Assembly: GCA_050249335.1 (NCBI GenBank)
Contig: JBFWQR010000007.1
Span: 20,943 to 84,942 of the forward strand
Length of the DNA stretch: 64,000 nt
Source: Lautropia sp.
GTDB lineage: Bacteria > Pseudomonadota > Gammaproteobacteria > Burkholderiales > Burkholderiaceae_E
Reading direction: 5' to 3'
In this document: piece after piece, positions 1 through 9,749 of the stretch
How the letters are laid out: each line of letters starts with the position of its first letter
Numbering within the stretch: the stretch's first letter is position 1
Program-made: the position numbers and the translations under genes
The notes under the pieces: generated by a model
Databases searched by the model: none
Seen by the model: only the letters and a program-made list of their open reading frames with translations
What the model was told of the DNA's origin: nothing

Positions 1-942
1 GTCGCCGAGACGCGGGTCAAGCGCAACGAGCTGGCGACCGAGATCCTGGCGAGCGTGGTACTGCCGCAGATCCTGCTGATCGCCCTGGCGACGACGCTGG
101 TGTGGGTCGGCGTCACGCGCGGGCTGGCACCGCTCGCCGAGCTCCAGCGCGCGATCGCCGCGCGCTCGCACCTGGACCGCAGCCCGCTGGAAGAGCGCGG
201 CGTGCCGGGCGAGGTGCGCCCGCTGGTGACCTCCATCAATGCGCTGCTCGGACGTCTGGACAGCGTGCTGACGCTGCAGTCGCGCTTCATCGCCGATGCC
301 GCGCACCAGCTCAAGACGCCGGTGGCCGGCCTGCAGGCGCAGGTCGAGCTGCTGGCGCGGCAACCCGGGCACGCCGACCTGCGCGGCATCTCCGCGCGGC
401 TGCACATCGGCGTCGAACGCCTGTCGCGGCTGGTGTCGCAACTGCTCTCGCTGGCGCGCAACGAGCCCGACGCGGTGCGGTCGCTCGCATTCGCGCCGAT
501 CGACCTGAGCGCGATGGTGCTGGACATCGCGTCGCACTGGGTGCCGGTGGCGCTGAAACGCGATATCGACCTCGGCTTCGAGGGCAGCGACGGCGCGGTC
601 CTCGTCAACGGCGACGCCGCCAGGCTGCGCGAACTGTTCGACAACCTGCTCGACAACGCGGTGCGCTACAGCCGCGAAGGCGGCAAGGTCACGGTCCGCG
701 TCAGCCGCACGCCGGTGCCCACCGTGTCGGTCAGCGACGACGGGCCCAGCATCGCCGAAGCCGACCGCCAGCGCATCTTCGAGCGCTTTCACCGGTTGCT
801 GGGCTCGGGCGACGGCAGCGGTCTCGGCCTCGCGATCGCCCAGGAGATCGCCAGTCTGCACAACGCCACGATCGCGCTGCGCGACGACGATCACGACGGC
901 GTCGGCAACATCTTCAGCGTCAACTTCCCTCCCGCGGTCTGA
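1..942 (+). CDS. Sensor histidine kinase (TctE/QseC-like), 5' truncated by window edge
   Basis: H-box ADAAHQLKTP, N-box NLLDNAVRYS, G-boxes DDGPSI / GSGLGLAI; frame open from base 1. Confidence 0.9.
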   Translation, partial: VAETRVKRNELATEILASVVLPQILLIALATTLVWVGVTRGLAPLAELQRAIAARSHLDRSPLEERGVPGEVRPLVTSINALLGRLDSVLTLQSRFIADAAHQLKTPVAGLQAQVELLARQPGHADLRGISARLHIGVERLSRLVSQLLSLARNEPDAVRSLAFAPIDLSAMVLDIASHWVPVALKRDIDLGFEGSDGAVLVNGDAARLRELFDNLLDNAVRYSREGGKVTVRVSRTPVPTVSVSDDGPSIAEADRQRIFERFHRLLGSGDGSGLGLAIAQEIASLHNATIALRDDDHDGVGNIFSVNFPPAV

Positions 943-1134
943 AGGGGCTGCCGCGACGGAGTGCGCCGGCCCTCGGCGGACATCGGGCGACGCGACCTTG
1001 TAAGCTGAACGTAATCGACGCGTAAGTCGGCCGTCATCGGATCGACAGGGTGGGTTCATCCCCGTTCGCTACGCTCGATCTCGGACGCCATCCCGCACCG
1101 GGCTGGCAAAAGAGACGAGACAAAGGCAACGAGA

Positions 1135-1890
1135 ATGGACATGTCCAGCGTATCGATGGCGATGCTCGCCACCCCCGCCTTCTGGGTGGCGCTGCTGCAG
1201 ATCATCATGATCAACATCATGCTGAGCGGCGACAACGCCGTCGTGATCGCGCTGGCGAGCCGTTCGCTGCCGGCGCAGCAGCAGAAGAAGGCGATCATCT
1301 TCGGCAGCGTCGGCGCGATCGTGCTGCGCGTGGTGCTGACCTTCTTCGCCGTGCTGCTGCTGGAGCTGCCCTACCTGAAGCTGGTCGGCGGGGTCGCCCT
1401 GCTGTGGATCGCGGTGAGCATGCTGAACGAGAGCGACGAGGAAGGGAATCTGGACGCGCACTCCCATCTGTGGGCGGCGATCCGCGTCATCATCATCGCC
1501 GATTTCATCATGAGCCTGGACAACGTCATCGGCGTCGCCGCGGCGGCCAAGGGCAATATCGTGCTGCTGGTGCTGGGTCTGGCCATCAGCATCCCGCTGA
1601 TCATCTGGGGCAGCCAGATCATCCTCAAGCTGATGGAGCGCTTCCCGATCATCATCGTCGGAGGCGCCGCGCTGCTGGGCTGGGTCGCGGGCGAGATGCT
1701 GGTCAGCGACCAGGCGGTATCCGGCTGGATCGAGGCCAACGCCCACGCGCTGCACACCGTGGTGCCGGCACTGTGCGCGGTGCTGGTCGTCATCGTGGGC
1801 AAATGGCTGGCCGGGCGCTCGGCTGCCGCCTCCGGAACGGCAGCGCCCGGCGACAAGCAGGCCGAGCCGACACCCGCGAAAATCGGCTGA
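1135..1890 (+). CDS. TerC family (YjbE-like) membrane protein
   Basis: Motifs LSGDNAVVIALA and ADFIMSLDNVIGVAAAA; multiple hydrophobic segments. Confidence 0.9.
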   Translation: MDMSSVSMAMLATPAFWVALLQIIMINIMLSGDNAVVIALASRSLPAQQQKKAIIFGSVGAIVLRVVLTFFAVLLLELPYLKLVGGVALLWIAVSMLNESDEEGNLDAHSHLWAAIRVIIIADFIMSLDNVIGVAAAAKGNIVLLVLGLAISIPLIIWGSQIILKLMERFPIIIVGGAALLGWVAGEMLVSDQAVSGWIEANAHALHTVVPALCAVLVVIVGKWLAGRSAAASGTAAPGDKQAEPTPAKIG

Positions 1891-1899
1891 GGACGACGG

Positions 1900-2325
1900 A
1901 TGCCCAACATCCTCGCTCCGGTCAGGCCGGACCGCGACACCGACTGGGTGGCCGGCTTCCTGATCAAGCTGCATCAGCGCGAGCGCATCCGGGTGCACCT
2001 GCTGTCGGTACGGCCACCATTCAACGGCCATGTGCGGATGTTCTTCGACGACGCCGAGATCCGCGCCTTCCACCGGGAAGACGCGGAGAACGACTTCGCG
2101 CCGATCCGCCGCGCACTGGATGCGAACGGCGTGCCCTACAACACCCACGTCGTGGTCGGCTACCTCGCCGAAGAGATCGTCCGCTTCGCGCAGGAGCATC
2201 ACTGCCCGCAGATCGTCATGGGGCCGCCGAAGGGCAGCGCCCTGTCCGAACTGATCCTGGGCTCGCTGACCCGGCAGGTCGAGCACCTGATGCGACTGAC
2301 CGGCAGGACCTGCGAGGTGCTCTAG
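1900..2325 (+). CDS. Universal stress protein (USP)
   Basis: 141 aa; C-terminal G...AEEIVRFA...IVMG...LILGS USP signature. Confidence 0.8.
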   Translation: MPNILAPVRPDRDTDWVAGFLIKLHQRERIRVHLLSVRPPFNGHVRMFFDDAEIRAFHREDAENDFAPIRRALDANGVPYNTHVVVGYLAEEIVRFAQEHHCPQIVMGPPKGSALSELILGSLTRQVEHLMRLTGRTCEVL

Positions 2326-2450
2326 GGCGCTCTGGGAGTCTCCAGGGCGGCTCCCCCCAGAGCGGCTTCGGGGCAGCCCTCGGCAGCGCACGTCCCGGCG
2401 GCGCACAATGATGCTGCCGCGTCGCAAGGCGCCCTTCCGGAGACTGCACG

Positions 2451-2660
2451 ATGACCAGGAAATTCAAAATCGGAGACCATGTTCGCTGGAACTCCGAGGC
2501 CGGCCGGGTATCGGGGACGATCATCGCCATCCACACCACGGACTTCGACTACAAGGGCCACGTGCACCACGCGTCGGACGACGACCCGCAGTACGAGATC
2601 AAGAGCGATCGAACGGATCACATCGCGGCCCACAAGGGCAGCGCGCTCGACCACGCCTGA
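2451..2660 (+). CDS. DUF2945 (Tudor-like) small protein
   Basis: FKIGDHVRWNSEAG...YEIKSDRTDHIAAHKGSAL matches the family pattern as I recall it. Confidence 0.8.
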   Translation: MTRKFKIGDHVRWNSEAGRVSGTIIAIHTTDFDYKGHVHHASDDDPQYEIKSDRTDHIAAHKGSALDHA

Positions 2661-2690
2661 CGCGGCTGGGCTCGCGGTCGCGACCAGGTT

Positions 2691-2750
2691 TCCGGTCGCG
2701 GCCGGCCCGCCACGATCGCGGCCTGCCCTCTGCGGTCGCGGCCGGCCCTT
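2691..2750. repeat. Three degenerate 20-bp tandem repeats in a convergent intergenic gap
   Basis: tccggtcgcggccggcccgc / cacgatcgcggcctgccctc / tgcggtcgcggccggccctt, period 20. Confidence 0.75.
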
Positions 2751-4091
2751 TTATCGCGGCAGCACCTGATCCAGCGTCGTCGCCAGCAGATCGATCATCA
2801 GGTCGGTCTCGGCGCGCGCGATGTTGTACGGCGGCGAGACCAGCACGTGGTCGCCGTGGTAGCCGTCGACGGTGCCGGCCGACGGATAGCAGATCAGCCC
2901 GTTGGCGAACGCCTGGTCGCGAAAGCGCGCGGCGAGCTGCAGCGACGGATCGAACGGCGCCTTCGTCTCGCGGTCGCGGACCAGCTCGAACGCGGCGAAC
3001 AGGCCGCGGCCACGGATGTCGCCGACGTACGGATGCTCGGCGAACCGGCTGCGCAGCTGCGACAGCAGGTAGTCGCCCTCGCTCGCGCAGCGCTCGACCA
3101 GCCGGTCGCGCCGGAGGATCCGCTGGACCGCGAGCGCGGCGGCGCAGGCGGCCGTGTGGCCCGAGTAGGTGTGCACCGACGCCAGCGTGCCGAAGCGCTC
3201 GGCGATCGCCAGATAGATCGCCTCGGACAGGATCACCGCGCCGAGCGGCGCGTAGCCGCCGGCCAGGCCCTTGGCGGTGTACATCAGGTCCGGCTCGACG
3301 CCGTCGTACGCCAGCGCGCGCCAGCTGCCGCAGCGGCCGACGCCGCACATGACCTCGTCGGCGACCAGCAGCACGCCATAGCGGCTGCAGACCTCGCGAA
3401 CCTTCTGCGCATAGCCGGGCGGCGCCGGGACCGCGCCGCCGGTGGCGCCGACGACCGGCTCCATGAAGAATGCGGCGACCCGTTCCGGGCCGAGCCGCAG
3501 GATGGTCTGCTCGAGTTCCGCGGCCAGGTGGTCCGCGAGCGCCGCGACCGGCACGCCGGCCGGCGGCCGGTAGACATTGGCCGGCGAGACATGCTCGACC
3601 GGCAGCAGCGCCTGCTCGTACGGGCGCCGGCGCCCCGGGTGGCCGGACAGCGACAGCGCGCCGAAGGTGTAGCCGTGCCATGACTGACGCCGCGCGATGA
3701 AGCGCGTCCGGCCGGGCCGGCCGAGCGCGAGCTGATACTGCAGCGCCGCCTTCATCGCGGTATCCGCGGCCTCGGACCCGCTCGAGACGTAGGCGACCCG
3801 GCGCAGCGTGCCGCCGGCCTGCTCGGCAAGCTCGGTCGACAGCGCGTCGATCACCTCGCTCGAGAAGGTCGTCGTGTAGGCGAACTCGATCGCATCGTAC
3901 TGCGCCTTGATCGCCGCGATCACCTCGCGATGGCCATGGCCCAGGCAGAACAGCGCCGGGCCGCCGGAGCCGTCCAGATAGCGCTTGCCGGTTTCGTCGA
4001 CGACGAACGTGCCCTCGCCGCGGACCGCACGCGGCAGGCGCTGTCCCGGCAGGTGCTGATTGAGCCACAAGTGCGCGTCGCGCGGTTCCAT
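2751..4091 (-). CDS. Class III PLP-dependent aminotransferase
   Basis: RYLDGSGG, SGSEAA, SWHG, ADEVMCGVGRCG, PLP lysine in TAKGLAGGY; ATG 4091 preceded by GGGAGAGG. Confidence 0.92.
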   Translation of the reverse strand: MEPRDAHLWLNQHLPGQRLPRAVRGEGTFVVDETGKRYLDGSGGPALFCLGHGHREVIAAIKAQYDAIEFAYTTTFSSEVIDALSTELAEQAGGTLRRVAYVSSGSEAADTAMKAALQYQLALGRPGRTRFIARRQSWHGYTFGALSLSGHPGRRRPYEQALLPVEHVSPANVYRPPAGVPVAALADHLAAELEQTILRLGPERVAAFFMEPVVGATGGAVPAPPGYAQKVREVCSRYGVLLVADEVMCGVGRCGSWRALAYDGVEPDLMYTAKGLAGGYAPLGAVILSEAIYLAIAERFGTLASVHTYSGHTAACAAALAVQRILRRDRLVERCASEGDYLLSQLRSRFAEHPYVGDIRGRGLFAAFELVRDRETKAPFDPSLQLAARFRDQAFANGLICYPSAGTVDGYHGDHVLVSPPYNIARAETDLMIDLLATTLDQVLPR

Positions 4092-4110
4092 GATCTCGGC
4101 CTCTCCCGAT

Positions 4111-4653
4111 TCAATGCACACCCGGATCGACCCCGGCGTCGACCACGCGCTCGATGCCGACCAGATCCTTCAGGATCCCGACGACGATCTCGAGCACGAA
4201 CAGCGTCATGCCGACCGCGACCGACAGGAACGGCAGCGACAGCGGCGTCTCGAGCGGCGTCAGCGACACGATGCCCGAACGCGTGGTCGAGACGAACGCG
4301 CCCCAGCTGTGCTGGCACATCAGCGCGATCGCCCAGAGGCCGACGACCGAGACCGCGATCCGCAGCAGCCGGCGGACGCCCACGCCGAGGCGGTCGACCA
4401 GCATCTGCACCGAGACATGGCGGCCGGCGCGCAGCGTGTAGCCGACGCCGAGGTAGAAGGCCACGACCAGCAGATACTGCGCGTATTCGTCGACGAACAG
4501 GATCGGCCGGTTCAGCGCGTAGCGGGACACCGCGTTGACGGTGATCCCGAGCGCGATCAGCACGATCGCCGTGCAGGCGAGCGCCGCGGCGGCGGCCGAC
4601 AGCCAGCCGACGCCGCGGTCGAGCAGCAGGGTCCAGCGGGTCAGTCGCGGCAT
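4111..4653 (-). CDS. TRAP transporter small permease (DctQ-like)
   Basis: Four TM segments, SRYALNRP..VDEYA and GRHVSVQML motifs; alternative GTG start at 4668. Confidence 0.85.
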   Translation of the reverse strand: MPRLTRWTLLLDRGVGWLSAAAAALACTAIVLIALGITVNAVSRYALNRPILFVDEYAQYLLVVAFYLGVGYTLRAGRHVSVQMLVDRLGVGVRRLLRIAVSVVGLWAIALMCQHSWGAFVSTTRSGIVSLTPLETPLSLPFLSVAVGMTLFVLEIVVGILKDLVGIERVVDAGVDPGVH

Positions 4654-4676
4654 CGCGGGCTCCGTCACCGCCCGCG

Positions 4677-5699
4677 TCAACCCAGCCGCTGCAGCAGCTC
4701 GGCACTGCGCGCCGCCGGCTCGCCGCCGCCGTCGACGTAGTCCTTCAGCAGATGCGCCGTGCGCTTGCGCGCCTCGTCCCGGAAGCCGCCTTCCATCCGC
4801 GTGATGGTCGCGCCGTACTTGTTCTTCGCCTCGTCGAGGATCTTCTCGTTCAGCGCGCCGTGGTAGGCCAGCATCGGCTTGGTCGAGAACCACTCCTCGA
4901 ACAGCGCGGCGAGCTTCGGCCGGATATCCGCCGGCAGCGACTCCCAGCGCGCCTCGTCGACGAAGATCTCGTCGACGCCGAAGTACGGCTCGTACAGATC
5001 GGTGAACTTCAGCAGCTCCCAGAGCTTCTGCGCGTGCGCGCCGTTCAGCGAGGTCATCACCCCATCGATGGACTTGCGCTGCACCGCGACGTAGAGCTCG
5101 GAGTACGGCACCGTCGCCGGCGTGGCGCCCAGCGCCTGCGCGAGCGCCGCGGTGTTCTTGTCGTGCGCGCGGATCTTCAGGCCCTTCAGCGAATCGAAAT
5201 CCTTCAGCGGCACCGGCGTGTGGATCGCATTGCCCCAGCCGCCCGAATCGAGGAAGTACGCGAGCATCTTCGCCTTGTACTTCTGCGCGAAGTACGGGCG
5301 CACGATGTCCTCGTGCCAGCGCTCCATGAACGCCTGCTGCTTCTCGTACGGCACCGCGAACGGCACCAGCGGCAGGCCGAACCACGACTCGACCGACGTC
5401 ATGTAGGTCAGGCCGGTATGCGAGATCTCGGCCAGCTTGTCGGTGACGATCCGGATCCCGTCGCGATACTGGTACGGGTGCTGGCCGGCGACCAGCACGC
5501 GCAGCCGGAAGCGCCCTTCGGTCGCGGCCTCCGCCGCCTTGGCGAACTCGTTGAAGCGGTGGACCGTGATGTCCGACGGCGGGAACGGCGTGATCATCGT
5601 CCAGGTGATCCGCTGCTGGGCACGGACGACCGCCGGGCCGGAAATCGCCACCGCAGCGGCGCTGCCGAGCAGGGCACGGGTTGCTTGTCTACGTTTCAT
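4677..5699 (-). CDS. TRAP substrate-binding protein (DctP-like), Tat-type signal
   Basis: MKRRQATRALL signal; LKGLKIRAH with conserved Arg; ATPATVPYSELYVAVQRKSIDG. Confidence 0.9.
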   Translation of the reverse strand: MKRRQATRALLGSAAAVAISGPAVVRAQQRITWTMITPFPPSDITVHRFNEFAKAAEAATEGRFRLRVLVAGQHPYQYRDGIRIVTDKLAEISHTGLTYMTSVESWFGLPLVPFAVPYEKQQAFMERWHEDIVRPYFAQKYKAKMLAYFLDSGGWGNAIHTPVPLKDFDSLKGLKIRAHDKNTAALAQALGATPATVPYSELYVAVQRKSIDGVMTSLNGAHAQKLWELLKFTDLYEPYFGVDEIFVDEARWESLPADIRPKLAALFEEWFSTKPMLAYHGALNEKILDEAKNKYGATITRMEGGFRDEARKRTAHLLKDYVDGGGEPAARSAELLQRLG

Positions 5700-5729
5700 C
5701 GTCTTCCCCTCACAGGTTTCGTGGAGACA

Positions 5730-7046
5730 TCAGAACAGCTTCGCCGGCAGCCACAGCGCCAGCGTGGGAAAGTGGTACAGCAACGCGATCATCAGCAGCA
5801 GGATGAACCAGTACGGGATCGTCCCGATCACGACGTCCTTCAGCGGCCGGCCGCCGGAGACGCCCTGGATCACGAACAGGTTGAAGCCGACCGGCGGCGT
5901 CAGGTTCGCGAGCTCGACCAGCACGACCAGCACGACACCGAGCCAGACCGACGAGAAGCCGAGCGATGTCATCAGCGGATGAATGATCGGCAGCGTCAGG
6001 AACAGCATCGACGCCGGTTCCAGGAACATGCCGAGGAACAGATACATCACGACGATCAGCGCGAACAGCAGGCCCACCGGCAGATCGAGCGCGGTGACTG
6101 CGGCGGTCAGCTGCTGCGGCACGTCGAGCATCGACAGCGCCAGCGCGACGATCTGCGCGGTGACGATCAGCAGCACCAGGAAGCAGGTTGTCAGCAGCGC
6201 GTCCAGCGTCGATGCCTTGATCACCGCGAACGACAGCCTGCCGCCGGCCAGCCCGATCGCCGCCGCGAGGACGCAGCCGACCGCGGCGGCTTCGGTCGGC
6301 GTGGCGAGCCCCGAGTACATGCTGGCGATGATGCCGACGATCAGCAGCAATGCCGAGCCCATGCCGCGCAGCCCCTTGATCGCCTCGCCCAGCGAGAACG
6401 GCAACCGCGGACCTGCGGTGCCCGGCGCGACGACCGCGGCGACATAGATGTAGACCATGAACAGCAGCGCCAGCACGATGCCGGGGACGATGCCGGCGGC
6501 GAACAGCTGCCCGATCGATTCTCCGACGAAGACGCCGTAGGCGATGAACGTCACGCTCGGCGGGATCATGATGCCGAGGGTGCCGCCGGCGGCGAGCGAG
6601 CCCATCACCGAGCGCGACGGATAGCGGTGCTCGTCGATCTCGTACGGGATCGCGATCGACCCCAGCGACGCCGCGGTGGCCACGCTGGATCCGCACATCG
6701 CCGAGAACACCGCCGAGCTGAAGATGTTGGCGTGCAGCAGGCCGCCGGGAATCGAGCTGACCAGCGCCTTGCTGCCGTTGAAGATGCGCTCGGCCATGCC
6801 GATGTGCAGCACCAGATACCCCATCAGCACGAACAGCGGCAGCGAGATCAGCGAATAGTGATCGGCCAGCGCGTTGAACTGCAGCAGCCCGAGCATCGCC
6901 AGGCTGCTGCCGCTGCCGACCAGGACGATCATCGACACGATGCCGGTGACCGCCATCGCGATGCCGATCGGCATGCCGACGAAGATCAGCGTGAGCAGCA
7001 GCCCGAAGACCACCGCGGCGTTGCCCGCCAGGCCGAGGTCATCCAT
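5730..7046 (-). CDS. TRAP transporter large permease (DctM-like)
   Basis: GMPIGIAM, GGTLGIMIPPS, ATPTEAAAVG, LTPPVGFNLF motifs. Confidence 0.93.
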   Translation of the reverse strand: MDDLGLAGNAAVVFGLLLTLIFVGMPIGIAMAVTGIVSMIVLVGSGSSLAMLGLLQFNALADHYSLISLPLFVLMGYLVLHIGMAERIFNGSKALVSSIPGGLLHANIFSSAVFSAMCGSSVATAASLGSIAIPYEIDEHRYPSRSVMGSLAAGGTLGIMIPPSVTFIAYGVFVGESIGQLFAAGIVPGIVLALLFMVYIYVAAVVAPGTAGPRLPFSLGEAIKGLRGMGSALLLIVGIIASMYSGLATPTEAAAVGCVLAAAIGLAGGRLSFAVIKASTLDALLTTCFLVLLIVTAQIVALALSMLDVPQQLTAAVTALDLPVGLLFALIVVMYLFLGMFLEPASMLFLTLPIIHPLMTSLGFSSVWLGVVLVVLVELANLTPPVGFNLFVIQGVSGGRPLKDVVIGTIPYWFILLLMIALLYHFPTLALWLPAKLF

Positions 7047-7061
7047 TTTCGCCGCCCGCGG

Positions 7062-8561
7062 TCAGCGCGCGCCGGCGCGCCGGACGACCTGCCCGGCGCG
7101 TGCCGCCGTGCGCCGGCCCTGCTCGACCGCGGCCCGGCCATTGACGAACACATGGACCAGCCCGCTCGGCGTCGCCCGCATGTCCTGCAGCGTCGTGTTG
7201 TCGCGGATCGCCTGCGGATCGAACACGACCAGGTCCGCGAACCAGCCGTTGCGCAGCTCGCCGCGACGGTCGAGCCGCATCCGCCGCGCCGGCAGCGACG
7301 TCAGCCGCCGGATGCCTTCCGGCAGCGCCATCATGCCTTCCTCGCGTACGTAGTGGCCGAGAAAGCGCGCGGTCCAGCCGAAGCCGGTCGGCGCGAAGCG
7401 GATGTCCTTGGTCGGCCCGTCGTCGTTCAGCGTGATCGCGTCCGAGATCACCGCACAGTCCGGCTGCGACAGCAGCAGCCGGATGTCCCGGTCCGGCGAG
7501 ATCTTGCCGACCCAGGTCGCATCGACCATGTGCTCGCCCTCCTCCAGCAGGATGTCGAAGATCGCGTCGTGCGGATCGATGGCGCGGATCCGGCCGATCT
7601 CGGCGAAGTCGAGCCCGACCAGGTCCGGGTTGGCCTGCGACCGCGTCAGCACCAGCTCGGACCAGCGCTTCTGCCCGACCAGCTTCCACTGCGGCAGCGG
7701 ATTGACCTTCAGCCGCTCGCGCGTCGCCGGATCCGACAGGCGCCGGACCATCGCCGCCGGCCCGCCTTCGTAGGCCCACTTCGGCAGCACGGTGTAGAGG
7801 AAGGTCGGCCCCCACTCGTGCGGGATCACGTCGTAGCCGACGTCGATGCCGAGGCGGCGGGTCCAGTCGATCATCTCGAGGATGTGCTCGGATGCGTGCG
7901 GCGGCGCGCCGACCTTCGGCACCAGATGCGACAGCTGCAGCCGCGCTCCGGCGATCCGCGCCGTCGCGAGCGCCTCGCCGACACCCATCTCGTACTGCCA
8001 GTCGCGATTGCGCACGTGCGACGCGTAGACGGCGTCGAACTCGGCCGCGACTTCGGCAATTCCGACCAGCTCGCGCAGGTCGGAATGGAAGCCGGGGTTG
8101 TACTCGAGCCCGGAGCTGACGCCGATCGCGCCCTCGTCGAGCGCCTGGCGGATCGCGTCGGCCATGTGGCGGACCTCCTCCTCGCCGGCGACCCGTGGCG
8201 TGCTGCCGAGAATGTTGAGCCGCACCGTGTTGTGGCCGACGTAGGCCCCGACGTTCAGGCCGGGCTGGTTCTGCTGCAGCCGGTCGAGGTAATCGCCGAA
8301 GCCGGTCCACGAGAACGACTGGCCGGGCAGCCGGCCGACCATGAATTTCTCGAGCAGCTCCTGCTGCAGGCACGGCGCGCACGAGAAGCCGCAGTTGCCG
8401 ATGATCTCGGTCGTCACGCCCTGCATCAGCAGGCTGTAGCCGTCGGCGTCCGCCATCAGCGTCGCGTCCGAGTGCGTATGGATGTCGATGAAGCCCGGCG
8501 TGACCGCGAGGCCGGTGCAGTCGATGATCCGCTCGGCGTCGTCGCCGAGCGCGCCGACCGC
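7062..8561 (-). CDS. N-acyl-D-amino-acid deacylase (D-aminoacylase) lacking its N-terminal ~30 residues; C-terminal half of an in-frame fusion with PilQ
   Basis: PGFIDIHTHSD, GVTTEIIGNCGFS, ASHVRN, LSHL, ISDA, ADLVVFDP; begins abruptly at VGALGDDAERIIDCTG with no start codon or RBS of its own. Confidence 0.88.
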   Translation of the reverse strand, partial: AVGALGDDAERIIDCTGLAVTPGFIDIHTHSDATLMADADGYSLLMQGVTTEIIGNCGFSCAPCLQQELLEKFMVGRLPGQSFSWTGFGDYLDRLQQNQPGLNVGAYVGHNTVRLNILGSTPRVAGEEEVRHMADAIRQALDEGAIGVSSGLEYNPGFHSDLRELVGIAEVAAEFDAVYASHVRNRDWQYEMGVGEALATARIAGARLQLSHLVPKVGAPPHASEHILEMIDWTRRLGIDVGYDVIPHEWGPTFLYTVLPKWAYEGGPAAMVRRLSDPATRERLKVNPLPQWKLVGQKRWSELVLTRSQANPDLVGLDFAEIGRIRAIDPHDAIFDILLEEGEHMVDATWVGKISPDRDIRLLLSQPDCAVISDAITLNDDGPTKDIRFAPTGFGWTARFLGHYVREEGMMALPEGIRRLTSLPARRMRLDRRGELRNGWFADLVVFDPQAIRDNTTLQDMRATPSGLVHVFVNGRAAVEQGRRTAARAGQVVRRAGAR

Positions 8562-9749
8562 GTCGGCCTTCTGGTAGTTCAGCGTGAAGGTCTCGGTGCG
8601 CAGCTGCTCGATGTCGGCGATCTGCTGCTTGGCCTCGAGGTCGAGCTTCTCCTTGGTTGCCAGCTCCTCGCGCGGCGCGATCAGGATGACGTTGCCGTTC
8701 TTGCGCATGTCGAGGCCGCGCGACTGCAGGATGATGTCGAGCGCCTGATCCCACGGCACGTCCTTCAGCCGCAGCGTCAGGCTGCCGGCGACGGTATCGC
8801 TGGTGACGATGTTCAGGTTGGTGAAGTCGGCGATCACCTGCAGCAGCGCGCGGACGTCGACGTTCTGGAAGTTCAGCGACAGCCGCTCGCCGCGATAGCC
8901 CTGACGGGTACCCTGCGTCAGCTTGTTCGGGTCTTCCTTGATCTGCTTGACCTCGACGACGAACTGGGTGTCGCTCTGGTAGGCGTTGTGCTCCCAGAGG
9001 CCCTGCGGCTCGATCACCATCCGCGCATTGTCGCCCTGCTGGAACGCGCGCACCTGACGCACCGGCGTGCCGAAGTCGGCGACGTCGAGCCGGCGCTTCA
9101 GGTTCTCCGGCAGCCGGGCGCGCTGGAAGTCGACGACGATGGTCTGGCCCTGCTGCTTGATGTCGACGCCGGTCTGCGAATCGGACAGCTCGACGACGAT
9201 CCGGCCCTCGCCGTCCTTGCCGCGGCGGAAATCGATGTCGCGCAGCGCATGCGCCAGCGACGGATCGCCCTTGGCGAAGTTGTAGGCCGCCGGCAGCGCC
9301 GCGACCGGCGCCGCGGTCGCGGCCGGGACCGCCTGGTCGAGCGCGACGACGATCGTGTCGCCCTCGATCGTCGACTGGAACTGCAGCGGCCGCTTCAGGT
9401 TCAGCACGACGCGCGAGCGGCCGGTCCCCTGCACGACGTTGACGCTGTGGACATCGCCGTTGAGCAGCTCGATCAGGTTGCGGCCGAGCTTGCTGTCGGT
9501 ATCGCGGAAATCCATCGCGACCCGCGGCGGATTGTTGATCGTGAAGCTCGGCGGCGCGTCGGTCGGCGGCTTGGCCATCTGGATCCGCAGCACGGTCGCC
9601 GAGCCCTGCTGGGCACTGGTGATCGACTCGATCGAATTGCTCTGCGCCGCGGCCAGCAGAGGCAGCGCGCCGGCAATGCAGACCAGCAGCGCGGCACAGC
9701 GATTCAGGATGGGGCGCATGACGTCTCTCGTCTCGGGGCTTGTGTTCAT
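8562..9749 (-). pseudogene. pilQ: Type IV pilus secretin PilQ, N-terminal ~396 aa only (signal peptide, two AMIN domains, N0, start of N1); secretin domain absent
   Basis: ATGA overlap with pilP stop; FTINNPPRVAMDF, LSLNFQNVDVRALLQVIADFT, LRLKDVPWDQALD, TETFTLNYQKA then sequence switches to D-aminoacylase. Confidence 0.9.

Noticed and set aside
943-1134. yybP-ykoY (Mn) riboswitch upstream of the TerC gene
   Set aside because: Expected for some TerC genes, but I could not find the conserved GGGGAGUA / CAACAUA-type words here.
4669-5385. Long upstream extension of the DctQ reading frame (424-aa ORF)
   Set aside because: Overlaps dctP in another frame; DctQ homology begins near 4653-4668.
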